DNA of 32,000 nucleotides from Candidatus Omnitrophota bacterium (GTDB lineage Bacteria; Omnitrophota; Gorgyraeia; Zapsychrales; JANLHA01): NCBI GenBank assembly GCA_963662715.1, contig OY759724.1, positions 240,001 to 272,000 of the forward strand, read 5' to 3'. Shown piece by piece: positions 26,470 to 32,000 of this stretch (position 1 is its first letter; each line of letters starts with the position of its first letter). The notes under the pieces were generated by a model. It saw only the letters and a program-made list of their open reading frames with translations, ran no database searches and was not told where the DNA came from. The position numbers and the translations under genes were made by a program.

Positions 26470-27183
26470 CTAGATAGACGCCAATTCCTTTTCCTTAACC
26501 TTTAACGGTTTAAAGCACATAAACCAATCGAGGCATCTTATGCCTTCCTTATCCGCGCCTTCAACTCTTTCCTTGGCCGTACCGCAACTCCCGGGAGGGG
26601 GAACGATCACATCATCCCCCGGCATCCAATCCGCAGGTGTCGCGATATTATATTTATCCACGGTCTGCATGGAAATCAGAACCCGTTTAATCTCCTGAAA
26701 ATTCCTCCCCGTGGATAAAGGATAGTACATCAGCAATCTGATTTTACCTTGGGGATCGATAAAGAATACCGCCCGGACAGCGCTGACGTCGCTTTCAGCG
26801 GGCTGAACCATGCCAAATTTTCTTGCGACATCCATTTTTAAATCAGCAATGACAGGGAAATTCACCTCGACATTTTTCATTCCCTTGTATTCAATCTTTT
26901 CTTTAATGGTCCGTAACCACGCAATGTGGCTGTAATGGCTGTCAATGGAAAGACCGATCAATTTGCAGTTCAGGGCCTCGAATTCTTTTTCCATTGACGC
27001 AAAAGTCATAAACTCGGTTGTGCAGACCGGAGTAAAGTCAGCCGGATGACTGAAGAGGATCACCCATTTCCCTTTATAGTCTTCAGGGAATCTAATCTTC
27101 CCCTGTGTCGTATCCGCTTCGAATGCGGGGGCCTGTTCACCGATAACCGGCATATGAACTCTTTCACATGATTGTGGTTCCAT
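26470..27183 (-). CDS. peroxiredoxin, Prx6-like / archaeal-type with C-terminal Cys pair
   Basis: FSHPADFTPVCTTE peroxidatic-Cys motif, plus a C-terminal extension with RCLDWFMC, as in the Aeropyrum-type Prx. AAGGAGG lies 6 nt before the ATG at 27183. Confidence 0.9.
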   Translation of the reverse strand: MEPQSCERVHMPVIGEQAPAFEADTTQGKIRFPEDYKGKWVILFSHPADFTPVCTTEFMTFASMEKEFEALNCKLIGLSIDSHYSHIAWLRTIKEKIEYKGMKNVEVNFPVIADLKMDVARKFGMVQPAESDVSAVRAVFFIDPQGKIRLLMYYPLSTGRNFQEIKRVLISMQTVDKYNIATPADWMPGDDVIVPPPGSCGTAKERVEGADKEGIRCLDWFMCFKPLKVKEKELASI

Positions 27184-27316
27184 CTTAATCCTCCTTATCT
27201 GGTTGTTTAATTCATTTTTCTTTTCAGCTCTTTGAGCATTGCTCTTACATAATATGGTTTACGGCCTTTTGTTATGCCTAAATTTTCTTTCCGATATCGA
27301 TGGCGCACGGACACCT

Positions 27317-27733
27317 TCAATATCCCGGTGAACATCGTTCACATATCCCGGTTAAAACAACTTTCCGGTTTATAACTTTAAAATTCATAATTTTTTCGGC
27401 CGGCACTTTCAGATCATCAAAAGGGCTGTGATAAAAGTCAAGGATAATTCCGCAATGGATGCATTTGAAATGATGATGCCGTTTGAGATTGGGGTCATAT
27501 TTCTTCCCTTGGCCGGAACATTCAATTGTCCCGATCAATCCTATTTGCGTAAAACGGATCAGTGTCCGGTTAACGGTGTCAAAAGAAATTGACGGAAAGA
27601 CTTCTTTGACTTTTTGATACACCGTATCAGCTGTCGGATGGCCGGCATCGTTCAGCAACTCCTTGTAAATGGCTACTCTCTGGGGAGTTACTTTAAGCTG
27701 ATGTTTTTGACAAATTTTCCTGAATTCATCCAC
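27317..27733 (-). CDS. Fur-family regulator, PerR-like by context
   Basis: LKVTPQRVAIYKELL...HPTADTVYQKV...ISFDTVNRTL, the metal site HHHFKCIHCG and a C-terminal CERC. The start is reassigned to the GTG at 27733, because the track's TTG at 27787 is the TTG of the promoter -35 hexamer. Confidence 0.8.
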   Translation of the reverse strand: MDEFRKICQKHQLKVTPQRVAIYKELLNDAGHPTADTVYQKVKEVFPSISFDTVNRTLIRFTQIGLIGTIECSGQGKKYDPNLKRHHHFKCIHCGIILDFYHSPFDDLKVPAEKIMNFKVINRKVVLTGICERCSPGY

Positions 27734-27755
27734 GGCACACCCTTTGTTTTGAATG

Positions 27756-27787
27756 ATTACTATATAGTAATTATTACTACTTGTCAA
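27756..27787 (-). promoter_or_regulatory. fur/perR promoter TTGACA-17-TATAGT with perfect 16-bp palindrome ATTACTATATAGTAAT over the -10
   Basis: Minus strand reads TTGACA agtagtaataattacta TATAGT aatc. The palindrome spans 27756-27771. The architecture and core match the ferritin-like gene promoter. Confidence 0.6.
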
Positions 27788-28065
27788 GTAAAAAACTCCT
27801 CACTTCTAAATGGGCAGCCTCACAAAAGGACATCCCAGATAAATTTTAACTTACCGATTAACAAAGACTTATATTTGACAACATCCATGATGAAAATTTA
27901 AAAAATTTTTTATTTACCCAGCCCATAAAACTAAATATTTCCGGCAACCGAAAACAAAACTTCACGTATATTTTATACACTTATCATCTCGGCTTTACAC
28001 ATCCCTGCTAGCATAATCATATATAAATGTATTTTCTAAAATATAACCTTCCAAAGGAGCGCCCC

Positions 28066-28872
28066 ATGTTCAAAAAATTATGGATTCCCATCATCATTTC
28101 GGTTTGTTTGTTTCTCCTGCAAAAACCAGCTTCGGCTGAAATAATATTCTCAGAAGATTTCGACGGATATACCGATTTCCCGGTTTTCGATTTACTCACC
28201 GGATGGAAGAATGAAGGGATTCCCACGTTATCAGAAGGCGCTGATGAAATCTGGTACGGGGGCCGTTTTGAATATTTTGACAGCGGAACAATTGATCAGG
28301 AATTAGCCATTCAGAAATTAGCCGGCGGAGGCGACCCCGACAGAGAAAAAGTGGCCCATTTTGAAGATGAAGCCGGATTACTGTTCCACTTGGACACCTC
28401 AAATTTGACGGACGTTAAACTGAGTTTTGACTGGAAAACATACCACACGAATCCCCTCCAAGACAGGCTGGTCGTAGGATATTATATCGAAGATTTATCA
28501 TCCAATTCTTCCCTGCTTGGCTTTGGCTCCTGCACAGGAGAAGGTGAATCCGGATGCTATAAAGATTTTTTTACGGATAATTTCGACACAGGGCACCCCA
28601 TACTGGACAACGCAGCCGCGGAAAATTGGTGGGCCACAGAATGGACCCAAATCCTCAGTGCCCGCAGTCCTCTCTGGCAGACCGAGACGGATATCGCCCT
28701 CCCCGAAGGGGAAGAAAGCGTTTGGGTGGCTTTTTGGCTGGATAATGGTGAAAATGACTTTGGCAAAATTGATAATATCATTGTCACCGCCACAGTGGTT
28801 CCGGAGCCTGTCAGTTCAATATTATTTGTGATCGGCAGCACCGCCTTTGCTGTAAGACGGCGTTTTCTGTAA
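28066..28872 (+). CDS. PEP-CTERM-anchored secreted protein
   Basis: AAAGGAG lies 6 nt before the ATG at 28066. It has a signal peptide (MFKKLWIPIIISVCLFLLQKPASA) and a C-terminal VPEP-VSSILFVIGSTAFAV-RRRFL sorting signal. Confidence 0.8.
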   Translation: MFKKLWIPIIISVCLFLLQKPASAEIIFSEDFDGYTDFPVFDLLTGWKNEGIPTLSEGADEIWYGGRFEYFDSGTIDQELAIQKLAGGGDPDREKVAHFEDEAGLLFHLDTSNLTDVKLSFDWKTYHTNPLQDRLVVGYYIEDLSSNSSLLGFGSCTGEGESGCYKDFFTDNFDTGHPILDNAAAENWWATEWTQILSARSPLWQTETDIALPEGEESVWVAFWLDNGENDFGKIDNIIVTATVVPEPVSSILFVIGSTAFAVRRRFL

Positions 28873-29013
28873 TGTCCCGCCCCCTCTTACGGCGCACCGG
28901 GTCGACTCTCAAAACAACGGACTAGAATCTGCCGGGATTCCTTTTCCCGGCAATAACCGATCCTGAATTTTAAAGATCCCCTACAAAAGTGTCACTCATG
29001 CGTATTGTTCAGG

Positions 29014-29055
29014 CCCAAAAATAAGGGTGCCAGATATAAACATATCTGGCACCCT
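29014..29055 (-). terminator. strong rho-independent terminator after the 40-aa peptide gene
   Basis: Minus strand reads AGGGTGCCAGATAT-gttt-ATATCTGGCACCCT followed by TATTTTTGG. This is a perfect 14-bp stem, 24 nt after the stop codon. Confidence 0.8.
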
Positions 29056-29079
29056 GACCGGCCTGCTGCAAGGCTGCTG

Positions 29080-29202
29080 CTAGCACCCGCAGCCACAGCC
29101 GCAACCGGAGCAGACCGGACATCCGCAGGCAGCCGCATAAGCCGCGGCTGACCCTATAGCCAATACACAACCCATAAGGAATGTAACTATAATCGTTTTC
29201 AT
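29080..29202 (-). CDS. unannotated 40-aa exported Cys/Gly-rich peptide
   Basis: Hand translation: MKTIIVTFLMGCVLAIGSAAAYAAACGCPVCSGCGCGCGC*. CAGGAGG lies 6 nt before the ATG and a strong terminator follows. The track shows only an out-of-frame 89-aa ORF here. Confidence 0.55.
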   Translation of the reverse strand: MKTIIVTFLMGCVLAIGSAAAYAAACGCPVCSGCGCGCGC

Positions 29203-29259
29203 AAGGAACCTCCTGAATTATATGAAATGATAAAAATTGTTTACCCCTGAAAAGGGGTA

Positions 29260-29640
29260 TTAACATCGATAAACACAATTCAGGATATAAATGGGAGGAT
29301 CACTGCTGAGGGGACTTTTTTGAGCATAGCCAATGATGGATACAAAGTCACCGTGATTTGCGGCAGATGGATACGGAAGGCCTTCCCCAAAAGCCATAAA
29401 ACTTTCCGGACGGACATCAGACGGCAATACGGCTAAAGCTTTGAGATGGGACTGACAAGTGCATTCGTGACCGGCATCCGGCACCTTCGGCCCTGCTGAA
29501 TCCGGACAGCAGTGGCGATAGGGCTTTTCTGTACCCGGATTGGCGTACACGTCCCGAATACAGCAGCAGGCCGTCCCGGATATCATGATAACGGCAGAGA
29601 GCAATACAATACCGTATCTATGAAGGGCTTTCCGTGTCAT
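29260..29640 (-). CDS. hypothetical membrane-anchored Cys/His-rich protein
   Basis: 126 aa: N-terminal TM (YGIVLLSAVIMISGTACCC), then YRHCCPD and GHECTCQSH motifs. It lies directly upstream of the 40-aa peptide gene. Confidence 0.5.
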   Translation of the reverse strand: MTRKALHRYGIVLLSAVIMISGTACCCIRDVYANPGTEKPYRHCCPDSAGPKVPDAGHECTCQSHLKALAVLPSDVRPESFMAFGEGLPYPSAANHGDFVSIIGYAQKSPLSSDPPIYILNCVYRC

Positions 29641-29760
29641 ATGGATAGTATATCATTAAACCGACAACTTTTGAACATTTTGATGTGACAGGGATTCTGG
29701 GGCGGGACAAAAGGCCTTATACAACAGTTTGATTTCACGAATAAAAGCTTATAATCTCAA

Positions 29761-30459
29761 TCAGTCCCAATCCATAGCCGCATTTGAGTGATCCTTGCCG
29801 GCATCTATTTCGGCAGTTGTTTCAGATTCTACAGGCACGGCATAGTATCCGGCTTCGTTTTTTTCTGTTTCCCACCATCCCAGAATTTCCTGCACACGTT
29901 CTTCCTGACTTGCTTCTTTAAACAGCGCGTTCCTGCCGAAGACATTCGGGGGATAACCATTCCTGCTTCCCCCCAAACCAACAGGATAAGGTCTTGCACG
30001 ATACGCTTCTATCATGAGAATAGCTTCTTTGCCCACAGTAGATTTATGAGGGAAAGACGCTACGCCCGACTCAATGGCCGCGGCAGGCTGATTAGATTCC
30101 ACATATTTAATTAATCCCGCCATGTCCTTCTTGCCGATCCACCCCTCATATATTTCTGACTTTAAAGAACGGTTGGGTTTAGTGAGGTGCTGCACTATCA
30201 CATTTTGTTTGGTGGCAAGAAAACGCAGTAATTTTAAAGGTTCAGGATGACTATCTTCTGTAAACCAGATATAGTTAACCGTGACAGGAGCACCTTTCAT
30301 TTGTTCATTAACTGTTTTGGCAATCATTTCTTCATATTCTGTATCTGAGAGAGGTTCCAGGTAAGGGAAGTCGGAAGATGTGACTTTTGAGCGGGTGGCG
30401 GCTACTATTATGAATACAGCCCAAGAAATACAAGCCAACAATATAAGTTTCTTGCTCAT
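29761..30459 (-). CDS. hypothetical membrane-anchored protein
   Basis: The ATG at 30459 gives MSKKLILLACISWAVFIIVAA (signal/anchor). The track's 30600 start adds 47 residues with no signal character. No family recognised. Confidence 0.5.
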   Translation of the reverse strand: MSKKLILLACISWAVFIIVAATRSKVTSSDFPYLEPLSDTEYEEMIAKTVNEQMKGAPVTVNYIWFTEDSHPEPLKLLRFLATKQNVIVQHLTKPNRSLKSEIYEGWIGKKDMAGLIKYVESNQPAAAIESGVASFPHKSTVGKEAILMIEAYRARPYPVGLGGSRNGYPPNVFGRNALFKEASQEERVQEILGWWETEKNEAGYYAVPVESETTAEIDAGKDHSNAAMDWD

Positions 30460-30620
30460 ATTAATAATACTATACCATATCTCTGGTAATTTTTTAAAGA
30501 TTGATAAAAAACAGCGAGCCTGCATCAAGGAGATAGCGATGCAGGGAAAGTATTTATTTGCGGTTATTTTTGAATTAAATGGGCACCTTGTGGGGACCAA
30601 GAACCCCTATTTTAAAACAA

Positions 30621-30968
30621 CTACACCAAGGCAGCGAATAACCTTACCATATCTAATAAAAAGAAAAAAACTAGGCCTATCCAAGCAAGACACATAAGCG
30701 GTCCTTTGGGAATAATGTAGGCTAATTTATTGTCAGAGGCACTCAATTTTGGATGAGCCAGTTCCACTTTCTTAAAAATCAAGACGCCTAATGAATCTAG
30801 TATCATCGCGGCTGATATCCCCGCAAGGGGCATGATTAAAACGCTCTTCCTAGTTAAATAGAATATAAAAACGCAAACGAAAAGGACTACTAAATAAAAA
30901 CGTATTTTTAGCCTACTTAATTCCAAATCTTTTGTTGTCGCATCCCTTGCCCACCACTGAATTGGCAT
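30621..30968 (-). CDS. hypothetical small membrane protein (about 3 TM)
   Basis: 115 aa with hydrophobic segments (FYLVVLFVCVFIFYL, MPLAGISAAMILDSLGVLIF, MCLAWIGLVFFFLL). It lies in the AT-rich region. Confidence 0.4.
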   Translation of the reverse strand: MPIQWWARDATTKDLELSRLKIRFYLVVLFVCVFIFYLTRKSVLIMPLAGISAAMILDSLGVLIFKKVELAHPKLSASDNKLAYIIPKGPLMCLAWIGLVFFFLLDMVRLFAALV

Positions 30969-31018
30969 GATCCCATCCTAGGATTAAATGTTGTTTTTCT
31001 TCCGATCTTATTTATACT

Positions 31019-31198
31019 GACCCCAGTTAACAAATTTGACTAAATGGTGTAGAATTGAGTTCCAAGGAAAGGAGCCCAATTCTGATGAAAAAACGCCAAT
31101 GGACCAGCCAGCAAAAGACCCAAATCGTGCTTGAAGGCCTTAGTGGGAAAATCGACTTCTTGGGGACTGGCACTTTCATTTTAAAGACTTCCGCTTAA
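31019..31198 (+). pseudogene. IS3-family left end with truncated orfA (transposase N-terminus only)
   Basis: TGACCCCAGTTAACAAATTTGAC...GGTGTAGAATTGAG resembles an IS3-family terminal inverted repeat. GGAAAGGAG is followed by an ATG at 31085 giving MKKRQWTSQQKTQIVLEGLSGK, the conserved IS3 OrfA HTH start. The similarity then ends and a stop follows after 37 codons. Confidence 0.55.
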
Positions 31199-31204
31199 AC
31201 AATG

Positions 31205-32000
31205 CTATTCTTCCATTTCATCAACAAAGACTGTTTGATCGCCAATTGTTGCACGTAATCTTCTATTTTGCACAGGGATATCTATATATTCCGCCAGCCG
31301 GCTACCTTTTTCTGCCATATTTAAACATAAGCGCAAATATGCCTTTGAAGTGATATGGAACCCATCAAAGGTTTCATAATCGGTAGCTCCCAACTCGGCT
31401 AAATCAGAAAAGTCGTAAAACTCAAAGCCATAAGATTTAAAGAGAGGCTGTAGGGATAGGGATAACTTCCACATATACCCATATTTCTCACCGTAAGACT
31501 GTAATTTCTCATAAACAACATGCGCGAAAGGCGGCGCAAGAAAGCAATGACGTGAATATTGCGGGCCCGGCACTCGATTAGAAAGCCCTCGACTTCTCTA
31601 AGTGCAGAGACAGAAACATCATCCCCATATTCAAAACGGTTATCCCCCGAGGCTATTCTTCCCATCTCGTGTTTGAATTCTGTATGAGTCTCTGAAGTCA
31701 CCTTATAATCACTGCCCACATCTGCATAACAATAACTCCCATCGTTCCTATAACCCCGATGACTTATCAGTGCGCTGAGCCCAACCGCATTTCGTCTTTT
31801 TTCTTCAGACAGCAGGTCATGCAGAGAAAATTTTTTCTTAAAGAAATCATCATAAATCTCACGCCATTTGGTTAACAAAACAAACAAACCAAACGGCTCG
31901 TTATGAATTCTGTTATTGCTTTGGGTCAACTCTTTTTTATTACCCGCCCAGTTGTCATTAAAAACCCAGTGATCAAGCCCAAGCAGTAGGACATCCGGCT
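31205..32000 (-). pseudogene. frameshifted gene of unknown function (two overlapping frames), N-terminus beyond the window edge
   Basis: The frame of ORF 31399..31929 stays open to nt 32000 (…PDVLLLGLDHWVFNDNWAGNKKELTQS…). The sense continues in ORF 31205..31573 after a 1-nt shift near 31535-31545 (…NIHVIAFL / APPFAHVVYEKLQ…). Confidence 0.5.

Noticed and set aside
27734-27787. N-terminal 18-codon extension of the Fur-family ORF (track start 27787).
   Set aside because: The start is the TTG of the -35 hexamer TTGACA. The extension also spans the -10 and the 16-bp palindrome, so the GTG at 27733 is used instead.
28925-28955. Hairpin GCCGGGA-N7-TCCCGGC downstream of the PEP-CTERM gene, as a possible terminator.
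   Set aside because: No U-run follows on either strand, so it is not called as an intrinsic terminator. It may still be a structural element.
29009-29278. 89-aa minus-strand ORF from the track covering the small-peptide locus.
   Set aside because: It reads straight through the 14-bp-stem terminator and the hairpin at 29242-29259, and it has no SD. The 40-aa ORF in another frame has both an SD and a terminator.
31205-31929. Treating 31205..31573 and 31399..31929 as two separate overlapping genes.
   Set aside because: The two frames overlap by 175 nt, and sensible sequence switches from one to the other at a single point. The upstream frame also stays open to the window edge, so one interrupted gene is the simpler reading.

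Overview
Bacterial chromosomal window, probably from an anaerobe. This is inferred from gene content (many B12-radical SAM genes, a DUF134/NifX-like pair, a PerR-peroxiredoxin-ferritin set, PEP-CTERM and MORN proteins); no taxon can be assigned from sequence alone. Almost everything is on the minus strand; one gene is on the plus strand.

Content in coordinate order:
- A DUF134 / NifX-like pair at the left edge.
- Two hypothetical envelope proteins.
- A tightly packed operon (about 1385-10874) behind a MarR gene. It holds four paralogous B12-binding radical SAM enzymes, two GNAT-like proteins, a GH3-family adenylating amido-synthetase and a small membrane protein.
- An unknown membrane protein.
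- An ars operon: arsR, an unannotated 50-aa Cys-rich ORF, an ArsP/COG0701-type permease and arsC.
- An IS200/IS605 tnpA flanked by identical hairpins.
- A ferritin/Dps-like gene.
- A 1262-aa secreted subtilase with a long array of Cys-rich modules.
- PPK2, an SRPBCC protein and a GT39-like membrane glycosyltransferase.
- A coiled-coil protein plus a 15-repeat MORN protein.
- mntP, then a fur/perR-peroxiredoxin pair.
- A PEP-CTERM protein (+ strand).
- A Cys/His-rich anchored protein followed by an unannotated 40-aa signal-peptide + CGCPVCSGCGCGCGC peptide gene.
- A visibly more AT-rich right end with an IS3 remnant and a frameshifted gene.

The best candidate for an undescribed system is the MarR-gated 4x rSAM / 2x GNAT-like / GH3 operon. 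It has no precursor-peptide ORF, no PKS/NRPS, and no arrangement I recognise from a characterised pathway. Secondary candidates are the two hidden Cys-rich small ORFs and the modular Cys-rich subtilase.

All calls come from reading the translations and DNA by eye. No searches were run.
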